Assembly: GCA_019347645.1 (NCBI GenBank)
Contig: JAHWKZ010000003.1
Span: forward strand, 1 to 38,951
DNA length: 38,951 bases
From: Gemmatimonadota bacterium
GTDB taxonomy: Bacteria > Gemmatimonadota > Gemmatimonadetes > JACCXV01 > JAHWKZ01
Reading direction: 5' to 3'
The notes under the pieces are model-generated. The model saw only the letters and a program-made list of their open reading frames with translations. It was not told the DNA's origin and did not search any database. The translations under genes were made by a program, and so were the position numbers. Below are positions 16,754-26,189 of the stretch, piece by piece; the stretch's first letter is position 1, and each line of letters begins with the position of its first letter.

Positions 16754-18744
16754 GATCGCGCTTCCAGGACGAGGTCGCCGTGGCGGGTTACTCGCCACGC
16801 CCAGCCCGGGGGAACGACCGCGGTCGCGTGGTCGCCGAAGACCACGGCCGGCTCGTCGCTCGCGTGGCCGACGGGGAGGGCGGCCCACTCCCAGGCCGCC
16901 ACCTCGACCGACTCTCCCCGGCGAAGGCCAATCGCGCGCCGGTCCGGGCGGCCCGCCGCGGCGGGGGCGTGCTCGGGGAGCGCGGGCGCGGCGGTCGTCC
17001 CGACGGCCGCCACGCGCACGGCGACGATCTCGGCCGGCGCCTCGGGGCGAGCGTAGCCGTACCGCTCGCGGTGGTGCCGGTGGAAGGCCTCCACGGGGGC
17101 CGCGTCGGCTCGCCACGCGACGTCGGTCTCGTAGGCCTGACCGCGGTAGCGCATCGCCAGCGAGCGTACGGTCGTCCGCCGTCCGGGCGGCACCCGCTCG
17201 CGATCGAGCGCCTTTCCCGCTTCGGCCTCCAGCTCCTCGAAGGCCTCCTCCAGACGCTCGGGCGGCCACGCCTCAGCCGGCTCCAGCAGCGTGCGGGCGA
17301 AATCGAGGCGGGCGTCGGCGGCGAGGCACCCGAGCGCGGAGAGCACGCCGGCGGCGCGCGGGACCAGGACCCGGCCGCCGCCGAGGGCGCGCGCCAGGGT
17401 GGCGGCGTGGAGGCCTCCGGCGCCGCCGAACGCGACGAGCGTCGAGTCGGAGGGATCGTGGCCGCGCTCCAGAGTCACCCGCCGCACCGCCCGCTCGAGG
17501 TGCGAGCGGGCGAGCTCGAGGATGGCACCGGCCGTCTCCTCCAGGGAGGCGCCCAGGGGAGCCGCCAGGGACCGGATCGAGCGACGCGCGGCGGCGACGT
17601 CGAGGCGGCGCCGACCACCCAGGAAGAGATCGGGGTGGAGGTGGCCGAGGACCAGGTGGGCGTCGGTCACGGTCGGCCGCTCTCCCCCCGATCCGTAGCA
17701 GGCCGGGCCCGGAACCGCCCCGGCGCTCTCGGGTCCCACCGTCAGCGCTCCGGCGGCGTCGACCCGGGCGATCGAGCCGCCGCCCGAGCCGACGGTGTGG
17801 ATATCGACCATCGGCAGCCTGAGCGGCACCCCGTCGAGATCGGCCTCGGTCGTCCGCTCGATCTCCCCCGGCACGACCGCCACGTCGCACGAGGTCCCTC
17901 CCATGTCCAGGGTGACGAGTCGGTCGAACCCCGCGGCCCGGGCCACGACCCGGGCTCCGACCACGCCGGCGGCGGGGCCGGACAGGATCGTCCCGACCGG
18001 GCGAGACGCCGCTTCGGCGGCGCTCGCCATCCCGCCGTTCGAGAGCATGACCCGGAAGTCGTCGGCGGCCAGCTCCTCCTCGAGGGCGAGGAGGTATCCC
18101 TCGACCACCGGCGCGAGCCCGGCCGAGACGACGGCCGTCGCCCACCGCTCGTACTCCCGCGGTTCGGCCGTGACCGAGTGGCTGGCGACGACGGGGACGG
18201 GCGCCCCGCCGAGGGCCTTCACGACGCGGCGCTCGAGGTCGGGATGACGGGCCGAGTGGAGGAGCGCCACCACGACCGCCTCGGCGCCCGCCTGCAGGAG
18301 CGTCTCCAGCGCCGCCCGGGCATCGTCGGGATCGAGCGGGGCGACCTCCTTTCCGTCGGCCCCCACCCGCGCGGCGATCCCCCGCACCCGCTCGGGGGCC
18401 ACGAGCCGCCGGGCGGGCTCGGGGCGCAGGGTGTAGAGGCGGATCCGGGTCTGGCGAGCGATGGAGAGGACGTCCTCCAGACCCTCCTGGGTGACCATGC
18501 CGACGGCGGCGGTCCTTCCCTCGAGGAACGCGTTCGTGGCCACCGTGAAGCCGTGGACGACGCGGGTGACCCCTCGACCGCCGGCCAGCTCGCGCACCGC
18601 CTCGACCACCGCCCTCGACGGGCGGTCCGGAGTGGACGGGAGTTTGTGGAAGGCGAGGGAGCCGTCACGCCTTTCGGCGACGGCGTCGGTGAAGGTGCCG
18701 CCCGCGTCGACGCCGACGCGCAGGGCGCGGTGCGGATCAGGCAG
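16750..18744 (-). CDS. Hydantoinase A/oxoprolinase family protein (start uncertain)
   Basis: GVDAGGTFTD, SGPAAGV, DMGGTSCD, GSGGGS, PESAGA.PGPACYG, FGGAGGLH, RYRGQ. Confidence 0.93.
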   Translation of the reverse strand: MPDPHRALRVGVDAGGTFTDAVAERRDGSLAFHKLPSTPDRPSRAVVEAVRELAGGRGVTRVVHGFTVATNAFLEGRTAAVGMVTQEGLEDVLSIARQTRIRLYTLRPEPARRLVAPERVRGIAARVGADGKEVAPLDPDDARAALETLLQAGAEAVVVALLHSARHPDLERRVVKALGGAPVPVVASHSVTAEPREYERWATAVVSAGLAPVVEGYLLALEEELAADDFRVMLSNGGMASAAEAASRPVGTILSGPAAGVVGARVVARAAGFDRLVTLDMGGTSCDVAVVPGEIERTTEADLDGVPLRLPMVDIHTVGSGGGSIARVDAAGALTVGPESAGAVPGPACYGSGGERPTVTDAHLVLGHLHPDLFLGGRRRLDVAAARRSIRSLAAPLGASLEETAGAILELARSHLERAVRRVTLERGHDPSDSTLVAFGGAGGLHAATLARALGGGRVLVPRAAGVLSALGCLAADARLDFARTLLEPAEAWPPERLEEAFEELEAEAGKALDRERVPPGRRTTVRSLAMRYRGQAYETDVAWRADAAPVEAFHRHHRERYGYARPEAPAEIVAVRVAAVGTTAAPALPEHAPAAAGRPDRRAIGLRRGESVEVAAWEWAALPVGHASDEPAVVFGDHATAVVPPGWAWRVTRHGDLVLEARS

Positions 18745-18979
18745 GCTCGAGCTCGATCTCCGCGTCCGCGGGGACCTGCTCGCCGATCGCGCGGTCGGGC
18801 TCGAGCGGGCGCGGACCGTCCGCGCTCCGCCACACCAGCGCCACGGCGCTCTCGCCCGGTCCGCCGAAGTAGAGCGAGAGCAGCGCGGGAACCTGTGCCG
18901 CCGGCGTCGCCGGATCCACCGCGTGACACACCGCCCGCTCGCCACGGGCGAAGACGAGCGGGATCTCTCCCCCCGTCAC
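18737..18979 (-). CDS. Small hypothetical protein (80 aa), possibly beta-grasp fold
   Basis: GTG overlaps upstream stop (GTGA); fills the gap between YtxH-like gene and hydantoinase A exactly. Confidence 0.6.
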   Translation of the reverse strand: MTGGEIPLVFARGERAVCHAVDPATPAAQVPALLSLYFGGPGESAVALVWRSADGPRPLEPDRAIGEQVPADAEIELEPA

Positions 18980-19230
18980 TCGATCGTCTCGTCCTCGAGT
19001 GGATGCTCGGCGAGCGACTCGCCGGTCTCGGGCCACTCGCCGACCGGCTCGCGCCGGGCATGGCGCCGCGTCTCGAGCTCGCCCTCGAGCGCCTCGAGCC
19101 GCCTCTCGCCCATGTCGAAGAACTCGTTGATCCTCTCCATCAGGAGCTGCCTCGAGGCCCGGCCGGAGCGCGGCGCCACGAAGATTCCGAGGACGAACCC
19201 TGCCACGAGCGCCTTCAGCTTGCCGATCAT
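18976..19230 (-). CDS. YtxH-domain protein
   Basis: AGFVLGIFVAPRSGRASRQLL followed by a coiled coil. Confidence 0.8.
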   Translation of the reverse strand: MIGKLKALVAGFVLGIFVAPRSGRASRQLLMERINEFFDMGERRLEALEGELETRRHARREPVGEWPETGESLAEHPLEDETIE

Positions 19231-19319
19231 GGATCCCCCTTCGGATGCGGATTCGAACAGGTTGTCGCGGCCCGGGACAAAGATGCTGGCCGGGCGGAGC
19301 ACACGTCAACCAGTGCCGG

Positions 19320-20027
19320 CTATCGGGAACCTCTCCTGCGGCGGTGCCGGTCGGGCTTGCCGAGCTTCAGCGCCGCCATCAGGACCATCCCCGCGGCGAA
19401 GCCGCCGATGTGCGCCCACCACGCCACCCCTCCGGCGGATATCTGGGTCGTGGAGATCGCCGCCACACCACTCAGCATCTGGAGCGCGAACCACAGTCCG
19501 AGCAGCAGCCACGCCGGCAGCTCCACGATGTGGATGAACACGAAGACCGGGATCCCGGTCAGCACCTTCACCCGTGGATAGGTGACCAGGTAGGCTCCCA
19601 GCACACCCGCGATGGCCCCGCTGGCGCCGACGATGGGAATCTCCGACCCCGGATTCGCCCATATGTGAGCGAGAGTGCCGACCGCTCCGCTGGCGAGATA
19701 CAGGAAGAGATAGCGAACGCGGCCGATCCGATCCTCCACGTTGTCGCCGAAGACCCACAGGTACCACATGTTCAGGATCAGGTGGAGCCAGCCGCCGTGG
19801 AGGAACATCGAGACCAGGGTCGGCTCGGCGGCGGCCAGCCAGGCGGCGGGGTCGGCCCACGGGAGGTCCGAGAAACGCGCCGGCACGACCGCGTGACGGG
19901 CCATGAAATCCGGCAGCGCGCGCCCGAGGGAGAGTTCGTACACGAAAACGGCGACGTTGACCGCCACGATCGCCCAGGTGAGCCAGGGGACGGTCCTCGA
20001 GCGGATCCGGTCGCGGAACGGGAGCAT
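19320..20027 (-). CDS. Rhomboid intramembrane serine protease
   Basis: MFLHGGWLHLILNMWYL, GASGA, AWWAHIGGF. Confidence 0.96.
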   Translation of the reverse strand: MLPFRDRIRSRTVPWLTWAIVAVNVAVFVYELSLGRALPDFMARHAVVPARFSDLPWADPAAWLAAAEPTLVSMFLHGGWLHLILNMWYLWVFGDNVEDRIGRVRYLFLYLASGAVGTLAHIWANPGSEIPIVGASGAIAGVLGAYLVTYPRVKVLTGIPVFVFIHIVELPAWLLLGLWFALQMLSGVAAISTTQISAGGVAWWAHIGGFAAGMVLMAALKLGKPDRHRRRRGSR

Positions 20028-20177
20028 TCGACCGCGCAAGGTAACGCGGCCGTGGGGCCGAAGCGACGCTCGCGGGATGTCAGATTTCGACTATCGGCGG
20101 AGTGAGCGAACGATTTTACTTAGTCGGGGCTCGCGGTACCGGTTTGGCATGTGTCAATCGTCAGAAACGGAGGAGAG

Positions 20178-20309
20178 ATGATCTGGACGATCATCGTGAT
20201 CTTGCTGATCCTGTGGCTTCTGGGCGGGTTCGTCCGCCCGGTCGGAGGATTCATCCACCTGTTGCTCGTGATCATCCTGATCCTGGTGATCATCCAACTG
20301 GTCGCCTGA
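20178..20309 (+). CDS. lmo0937-family small membrane protein (43 aa; absent from ORF track)
   Basis: GGAGGAG RBS; MIWTIIVILLILWLLGGFVRPVGGFIHLLLVIILILVIIQLVA. Confidence 0.88.
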   Translation: MIWTIIVILLILWLLGGFVRPVGGFIHLLLVIILILVIIQLVA

Positions 20310-20360
20310 CCCCCTCTCCACGACGCGGGCGAAAGCCGCCAGCCCGCGTCCGCGAGAAAC

Positions 20361-20392
20361 GAGAACGGGTCGCCCGCGGGCGACCCGTTCTC
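20361..20392. terminator. Perfect 32-bp palindrome, probable bidirectional terminator
   Basis: GAGAACGGGTCGCCCG/CGGGCGACCCGTTCTC between convergent genes. Confidence 0.7.
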
Positions 20393-20407
20393 TTCACGAC
20401 ATCGTTG

Positions 20408-20494
20408 TGGTGCCCAAGGGGAGATTCGAACTCCCACGCCCTTTCGGGCACTGCCCCCTCAAGACAGCGTGTCTACCAATTCCACCACTTGGGC
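20408..20494 (-). tRNA. tRNA-Leu(GAG)
   Basis: GCCCAAG acceptor stem, anticodon arm CTGTC-TTGAGGG-GGCAG, long variable arm, GTTCGAA T-loop, encoded CCA; downstream of secG. Confidence 0.97.
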
Positions 20495-20521
20495 ACTCGA
20501 GATCCCCGGAACGGGGGTCGT

Positions 20522-20929
20522 CTACTGCTGGGCCTCGCCCGGCTCCGTCCCTGCGCCCGGCGCGGCTTCACCGTCCTCGGAGCCTTCCAGGATGTCCTGG
20601 AGGTCGCTCGGCGGGCCGACGGGCGCGCCTTCTTCGGCCGGCGCCTGCTGCTGCTGACGCTGCATCTCGGTCTCGATCAGGCTCCGGGGACCGGTGCTGC
20701 GGACCGTGATGAGGGACATGGCGAAGGCGATCACGAGGAACGCGCCTCCCAGCCACCGGGTGGCGGAATGGAGGAAGGTCGCCGTCTGCCGGCTTCCCAT
20801 CGTCTCCATGCCGGTTCCGGCGCCGCCGAATCCCGCGGCCAGGCCGCCCCCCTTCCCCGATTGGAGGAGGACGACGAGCATCAGCGCGAGACAGTCCGCG
20901 ATCAACAGGATCAGAAGAAGCGTATACAT
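20522..20929 (-). CDS. secG: Preprotein translocase subunit SecG
   Basis: VLLQSGKGGGLAAGFGG, two TM segments; follows tpiA. Confidence 0.95.
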   Translation of the reverse strand: MYTLLLILLIADCLALMLVVLLQSGKGGGLAAGFGGAGTGMETMGSRQTATFLHSATRWLGGAFLVIAFAMSLITVRSTGPRSLIETEMQRQQQQAPAEEGAPVGPPSDLQDILEGSEDGEAAPGAGTEPGEAQQ

Positions 20930-21011
20930 ATCCGACCATTGAATTTAGCCCGCATCCAGGTACCGTCAAGAACCGCCGATCGGTCTCCACGCGCCGGAGG
21001 GCCCGCTGGCC

Positions 21012-21797
21012 CTACCCGGGCCTCTCGTGCGCCGCCCGGAGGATCGACGCGAAATCGGCCGGAGCGAGACTCGCCCCGCCGACCAGCGCGCCGTCGACGT
21101 CGGGCCGGGCGAGCAGGTCGGCGGCGTTGCCAGGCTTCACGCTTCCCCCGTAGAGGACCGCGATCTCGGCGGCCAGCTCGGGGGTGGCGAGCGACGCGAG
21201 GGCGCCACGGATCGCCTCGTGCATCTCCTGGGCGTCCTCGGGACTCGCGGTCCTTCCCGTCCCGATCGCCCAGACCGGCTCGTAGGCGATCGACAGCCGC
21301 CGGTATTCCGCCCGGGCGAGGTCGTCGATCGCCTTCGAAAGCTGGGACAGGACCACCGAGCGCGCCCTGCCCGCGTCTCGCTCCTCCAGCGTCTCGCCGA
21401 CGCAGAGCATCGGGGACAGTCCCGCCGCCAGCGCGGCGCGAAGCTTCCGCCTGCACCTCTCGTCGGTCTCGCCGAAGTGGAGCCGGCGCTCGCTGTGGCC
21501 GATCAGGACCCGCTCGGCGCCGGTGGCGGCGATCATCGGCGCGGAGACCTCGCCCGTCCAGGGCCCCTCGTCCTCCCAATGGCAGTCCTGCCCGCCCGTC
21601 GAGGCGTCGGCGCGGTGAGCGACCGCGCCGACCACCACGGAGAGAAGCGGGAACGGCGGAAAGAAAGCCACCTCTATCCCCCCGGCGGGGGCCGGAGCCT
21701 CGCGGTCGAACGCCTGGAAGAAGGGGCCCACGTCCTCCGCGGTCTTGTGCATCTTCCAGTTGGCGGCGATCACCAGCGGTCGCGGTCGCTCGCTCAT
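21012..21797 (-). CDS. tpiA: Triose-phosphate isomerase
   Basis: ANWKMHK, GHSERR, AYEPVWAIGTG, LYGGSV, LVGGASL. Confidence 0.98.
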   Translation of the reverse strand: MSERPRPLVIAANWKMHKTAEDVGPFFQAFDREAPAPAGGIEVAFFPPFPLLSVVVGAVAHRADASTGGQDCHWEDEGPWTGEVSAPMIAATGAERVLIGHSERRLHFGETDERCRRKLRAALAAGLSPMLCVGETLEERDAGRARSVVLSQLSKAIDDLARAEYRRLSIAYEPVWAIGTGRTASPEDAQEMHEAIRGALASLATPELAAEIAVLYGGSVKPGNAADLLARPDVDGALVGGASLAPADFASILRAAHERPG

Positions 21798-23086
21798 GGA
21801 CTGCCCTGGTGCTCCCCCGAGGCCCTGCCCCCGCCCCTCGAGATCGGCGGGTCGAGCGCCTCGATCCCCGGAAGCGAAGCGCCGCTCACCAGCTCCAGGG
21901 CGGCCCCGCCGCCGGTCGAGGCGTGGCCGACGGCGTCCACCAGACCCGCTTGCTCGAGGGCGGCCAGGGAGTCCCCGCCGCCGGTCACGGTATAGGCCCC
22001 GCGATCGGTCGCCCGCGCCAGCCGCTCGGCGAGCGCGCGGGTGCCGGCGTCGAACGGCGGCGTCTCGAAGACCCCCAGGGGGCCGTTCCAGAAGATCGTC
22101 CTCGCCCGGTCGATGGCCGCGGTGAATCGCTCCACCGTCCGGGGTCCCACGTCGAGGATCTTCCAGCCGGGCTCGACACCCGCCGAGCCGGCGGTCCCGA
22201 TCTCGATCGTTCTCGTCTCCGCGTCCGGGGCGATCTCGCGAGCGACCACCGCGTCCACCGGCAGCGTCAGCGCCTCCCCGTGGCGCTCCAGGAGGTCGCG
22301 CGCCTCGTCCACGAGGTCGTCCTCGACGAGCGAGTCGCCGACGTCCACGCCGCTCGCCCGCAGGAACGTGTTGGCCAGGCCCCCGCCCAGGCACACGGTA
22401 TCGGCGCGGTCGAGAAGCGCCCCGACCGTCTCGAGCTTGCCCGCGATCTTCGCGCCACCCAGCACGGCCAGGAACGGGGGCTCGGGGTCGAGGAGTCGCC
22501 GGAACGCGGCCAGCTCGGCCGCGACCAGGCGGCCGGCCACGCACGGCGTCAGGTGCTCGGTCACCCCCACCGTCGAGGCGTGGGCGCGATGGCAGGTCCC
22601 GAAGGCGTCCTGAACGAAGAACTCGCCGTACGCGGCGAGCGTTTCGGCGAAGCCCGCGTCGTTCGCCTTCTCGCCCGGATGGAAGCGCAGGTTCTCGAGC
22701 AGGTAGATCTCCCCACCCTCGGAATCGCGGACGAGCTTCAAGGAGCGCTCGTCGAACGGCTCGGGCAGGAAGATGATCGGCCGACCGAGCAGCTCCTCGA
22801 CCCGGCGGGCGACGGGCTTCAGCGAGAGCGCCCGATCGGCCGCGCCTCCCGGACGTCCCAGGTGGCTCGCCAGCACGATCGTGACGCTCCGGCCGAGCAG
22901 CGCCTCCACGGTGGGCAGGGTGGCGCGGACCCGCGCGTCGCTCGCCACCGCGCGGGTCTCCCCTTCTCCCGTCAGCGGGACGTTGAAGTCGACGCGAACG
23001 AGGGCGCGACGACCGTTGGCCTCGTCGTCCGTCAGGTCGTCGAGGATCCGCCGCGAGAGCGTCGGTTCGGGTCGCCCGGTTCCCAC
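21794..23086 (-). CDS. pgk: Phosphoglycerate kinase
   Basis: RVDFNVP, SHLGRP, LLENLRF, WNGPLGVFE, GGGDS, STGGGA. Confidence 0.98.
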   Translation of the reverse strand: MGTGRPEPTLSRRILDDLTDDEANGRRALVRVDFNVPLTGEGETRAVASDARVRATLPTVEALLGRSVTIVLASHLGRPGGAADRALSLKPVARRVEELLGRPIIFLPEPFDERSLKLVRDSEGGEIYLLENLRFHPGEKANDAGFAETLAAYGEFFVQDAFGTCHRAHASTVGVTEHLTPCVAGRLVAAELAAFRRLLDPEPPFLAVLGGAKIAGKLETVGALLDRADTVCLGGGLANTFLRASGVDVGDSLVEDDLVDEARDLLERHGEALTLPVDAVVAREIAPDAETRTIEIGTAGSAGVEPGWKILDVGPRTVERFTAAIDRARTIFWNGPLGVFETPPFDAGTRALAERLARATDRGAYTVTGGGDSLAALEQAGLVDAVGHASTGGGAALELVSGASLPGIEALDPPISRGGGRASGEHQGSP

Positions 23087-23090
23087 CGGC

Positions 23091-24092
23091 CTACAGGTAT
23101 CGACCCAGGTACTCGGCCAGGTCGAGCAGCCGGGTCGAGAAGCCCATCTCGTTGTCGTACCAGGAGAGGACCTTGACCAGCGTGCCGTCGAGCACCGCGG
23201 TCGAGAGCGCGTCGACGGTAGAGGAATGGGTCGTCGACATGTAGTCGACGGAGACCAGCGGCTCGTCGCTGACCGCCAGGATTCCCTTCATCCCTCCGGC
23301 CGCGGCGGCTCGGAAGGCGTCGTTGACGGCCGCGGCGTCGGTCGACCGCTCGACCTCCACGGTCAGATCGACCAGCGAGACGTTCGGCGTCGGCACGCGG
23401 ATCGCCATGCCGTCGATCCTGCCGTCCAGCTCGGGAAGGGCCTTTCCGGTCGCCTTGGCCGCCCCCGTCGTGGTGGGGATCAGGGAGACGGCCGCGGCGC
23501 GGGCCCGGCGGAGGTCCTTGTCGGGCGAGTCCACGACGTGCTGGCTGGAGGTGTAGGAGTGCGTGGTGGTCATCAGCCCGTGGACCCAGCCGAACTCGTC
23601 CAGGATCACCCGGGCGACCGGCGCCAGGCAGTTAGTGGTGCACGAGGCGTTGGACACCACGTCGTCGCCGGCCTCCAGCCGATCGTGGTTCACCCCCATC
23701 ACCACGGTGGCGTCGACCTCGTCCTTGGCGGGGGCGGAGATCACCACCTTCCGGGCGCCGGCCTCGAGGTGCTTGGCGGCGTCGGCCCGGGTGCGGAAGA
23801 TGCCGGTCGACTCGATGACCACGTCCACCCCGAGCTCGCCCCACGGGAGCCGCGTGGGGTCCTTCTCCTGGAGGACCCGGAACGAGTCGTTCCCGACGGT
23901 GATCTTCCCGTCGCCGGCCGAGACGTCGACGCGCAGCTGGCCGTGGACGGAGTCGTACTTGAGCAGATGTGCGAGCGTCCGGGCATCCGTCAGGTCGTTC
24001 ACGGCCACGAGGTCGAGGTCTCGATCCGATTCGACGAGCGAGCGATACGTCAGGCGGCCGATCCGGCCGAACCCGTTGATCCCGATCTTCAT
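23091..24092 (-). CDS. gap: Type I glyceraldehyde-3-phosphate dehydrogenase
   Basis: GINGFGRIGR, ASCTTNCL, WYDNE. Confidence 0.98.
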   Translation of the reverse strand: MKIGINGFGRIGRLTYRSLVESDRDLDLVAVNDLTDARTLAHLLKYDSVHGQLRVDVSAGDGKITVGNDSFRVLQEKDPTRLPWGELGVDVVIESTGIFRTRADAAKHLEAGARKVVISAPAKDEVDATVVMGVNHDRLEAGDDVVSNASCTTNCLAPVARVILDEFGWVHGLMTTTHSYTSSQHVVDSPDKDLRRARAAAVSLIPTTTGAAKATGKALPELDGRIDGMAIRVPTPNVSLVDLTVEVERSTDAAAVNDAFRAAAAGGMKGILAVSDEPLVSVDYMSTTHSSTVDALSTAVLDGTLVKVLSWYDNEMGFSTRLLDLAEYLGRYL

Positions 24093-24158
24093 CGATCCTC
24101 CTCTGGAATGATTGCGTCGAAAACGATCGGACTACCATGGCGGAATACCGCCGCGAAG

Positions 24159-24881
24159 TTACCGGTAGGCGAACTCGAACGCGAGGGCGAAGGTGGCCCC
24201 GACGACCGCCCTCGCGCCGGACTCGAGAAGGGGCTCGGCGGCCGCCGCCAGGGTGGCGCCGCTGGTCGCCACGTCGTCGACCAGCCCGACGACGGCCCCG
24301 GCCGCTCGCCGGGCCGGGGGCGCCGGAAGGAAGGCCCCCGCGACGTTCGCTCTCCGCGCCGCGCGACCGAGCCCTACCTGGCTGGTCGTCGGCCGTTCAC
24401 GGACGAGCGCGTCCTCGACCGGAAGGTCGAGCCGGCGCCCGAGCGCGTCCGCGATCGCGCGCGACTGGTTGAAGCCCCGCTCCCTCCGCCGGGCGGGGTG
24501 GAGAGGCACGGGGACGAGGAGCTCGATGCGGGCGGGCCCCGTCAGGGCGTCGGCCATCGTCACCGCGCACGGCTCGGCCAGGTGACGCCATCCCGAGTAC
24601 TTGAGCCCCGCCACCAGCGTCCGGGCCACCCCTCGATAGCGGGTGCCGGCGACCGCCGAGAGGCCCTCCGGCCACCCCCCGCAGCGACCGCACGAGTCCG
24701 GAGACCCGGGCCGCGGAAGCCCGCACCGACGGCAGGCGACAGGCGAGAGCGGGGCCAGCGTGGCCAGGCAGCCTGGACAGAATCCCGGTCGGGCGCCGCT
24801 CAGCGCGGCGCCGCAGTGCAGGCACAGGGGCGGCAGGAGGAGGTCCACCAGCCGGGCTCCCAGGCTCGCGATACGATCCAT
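24159..24881 (-). CDS. comF: ComF family protein (Zn ribbon + PRTase)
   Basis: CxxC pairs, VPVPLH, RGFNQS, LVDDVATSGATL. Confidence 0.92.
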   Translation of the reverse strand: MDRIASLGARLVDLLLPPLCLHCGAALSGARPGFCPGCLATLAPLSPVACRRCGLPRPGSPDSCGRCGGWPEGLSAVAGTRYRGVARTLVAGLKYSGWRHLAEPCAVTMADALTGPARIELLVPVPLHPARRRERGFNQSRAIADALGRRLDLPVEDALVRERPTTSQVGLGRAARRANVAGAFLPAPPARRAAGAVVGLVDDVATSGATLAAAAEPLLESGARAVVGATFALAFEFAYR

Positions 24882-24919
24882 CGCACTCGAACGGAGGGAA
24901 GACGGGCCGGTGGAGGAAA

Positions 24920-24953
24920 CGAAACGGGCGGACCAGCCGGTCCGCCCGTTTCG
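24920..24953 (-). terminator. Hairpin, probable intrinsic terminator of the secreted TPR gene
   Basis: CGAAACGGGCGGACC-AGCC-GGTCCGCCCGTTTCG, followed by TTT on the minus strand. Confidence 0.65.
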
Positions 24954-24998
24954 CTGCAGATCGCGGGCCGCCGGGTGGGTCGGCCCCTCGTTCGGGAG

Positions 24999-25484
24999 TC
25001 AGCTCCCGCCGGCGGTCAGCTGGAGGAGGGGGAACTGATCGGCGATGGTGGCCAGGTACCTCTCGCGCTCCTCGCCCGTCAGGATCGGGATCATCCGATT
25101 CACCCAGCCGCGGGCATCCTCGACGCGCTCGGTCAGGTAGTTCGCCGCGACCAGCCCGAGGTAGGCGAGCTTGATGCCTTCGTCCAGCTCGAGCGCCCGC
25201 TCGAAGGCGCCGATCGCCCGCGGGTAGTCGCCCAGCTGCAGATAGGATCCGCCCAGGAGCGCGTACGCGTTGCCGTGCCGGGGAGCGAGCTCGACCACGT
25301 GCCGGAACAGCGGGATCGCCTCCCGGTAGCGCTGTTCCGCGTAGAGGTCACCGGCGGTGGAATAGAGCGTCTCGACGGTATCGGTGGGTGCCGCGGGGGT
25401 CGTCGCCGTCGCCTTCTCCACGCCCGGCAGGGCGGAGGCGGCGGCCACGAGGGCGACGGTCAGTAGCCATCTGCGAACTCGCAT
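24999..25484 (-). CDS. Secreted TPR-repeat protein
   Basis: Signal peptide MRVRRWLLTVALVAAASA; about three TPRs (AYALLGGSYLQLGDYPRAIGAFERALELD). Confidence 0.8.
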   Translation of the reverse strand: MRVRRWLLTVALVAAASALPGVEKATATTPAAPTDTVETLYSTAGDLYAEQRYREAIPLFRHVVELAPRHGNAYALLGGSYLQLGDYPRAIGAFERALELDEGIKLAYLGLVAANYLTERVEDARGWVNRMIPILTGEERERYLATIADQFPLLQLTAGGS

Positions 25485-25548
25485 GCGCCCGATCGTTCTC
25501 CTTCTGAAGGGTCCACGGAGGGGCGGCGATCTCGAGAAAGAAGGCCCC

Positions 25549-25577
25549 ATTGTAAGGAATCGAACGGAGGACGTCAA
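25549..25577 (-). promoter_or_regulatory. Sigma-70 promoter candidate for the secreted TPR gene
   Basis: TTGACG-17 nt-TACAAT. Confidence 0.65.
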
Positions 25578-25613
25578 CCTTTTGACTATATATAGAGTCG
25601 ACGGACCGTGGGA

Positions 25614-26093
25614 TCAGCGATGGACCGAGGAGTCCGAGCGCGTCTCCACGAACGCCTCGAGCGCTTCGCGGAGCTCGTCGAACACCTCTTCGTAGATCTC
25701 GCGATCCCAGCCGATCGGATCGAGGACTCCGTCGGGAGAGCCCTCCGGCAGGAACTCGGTCACCACGTGGACGTCCACGGTGGAGTCGAGGTCGCGGACG
25801 ATCCGGGCATGGCTCGGCTGCATCGCCAGGACGGTGTCCGCCCATGCCAGGAGCTCCTCGCTCAGCGGTCGAGCCACATGACTCGAGAGATCCAGACCCC
25901 GCGCCGCGGCGGTTTGGAGCGAGTGCGGGTGGGCCGGACCGCCGGTAACCGCGGCGGTTCCCGCCGAGATCACCTCCGCCTCGACGCCGGCCCGGACGAA
26001 GAGCCGGCGCAGGAGCGCCTCGGCCATGGGGCTGCGACAGGTGTTCCCCGTGCAGACCACGAGGACGCGATAGGGTCGGCTGGAGCGGTTCAT
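25614..26093 (-). CDS. Low-molecular-weight phosphatase, YwlE-like (protein-arginine phosphatase type)
   Basis: VCTGNTCRSPMAE P-loop, SAGT, DP motif. Confidence 0.9.
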   Translation of the reverse strand: MNRSSRPYRVLVVCTGNTCRSPMAEALLRRLFVRAGVEAEVISAGTAAVTGGPAHPHSLQTAAARGLDLSSHVARPLSEELLAWADTVLAMQPSHARIVRDLDSTVDVHVVTEFLPEGSPDGVLDPIGWDREIYEEVFDELREALEAFVETRSDSSVHR

Positions 26094-26189
26094 ACGGCCG
26101 AAGATCGACTCGCTCGCGGCGTCACGCAATCCCGACGGGTCCGGATCACCCCCTTCCGGCGGATCGGCTCCGCGACGGCGGCGGCGGTT

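Noticed and set aside
20408-20494. tRNA-Leu as an integration site for the signalling locus
   Set aside because: No integrase or transposase, and no duplicated tRNA 3' end seen
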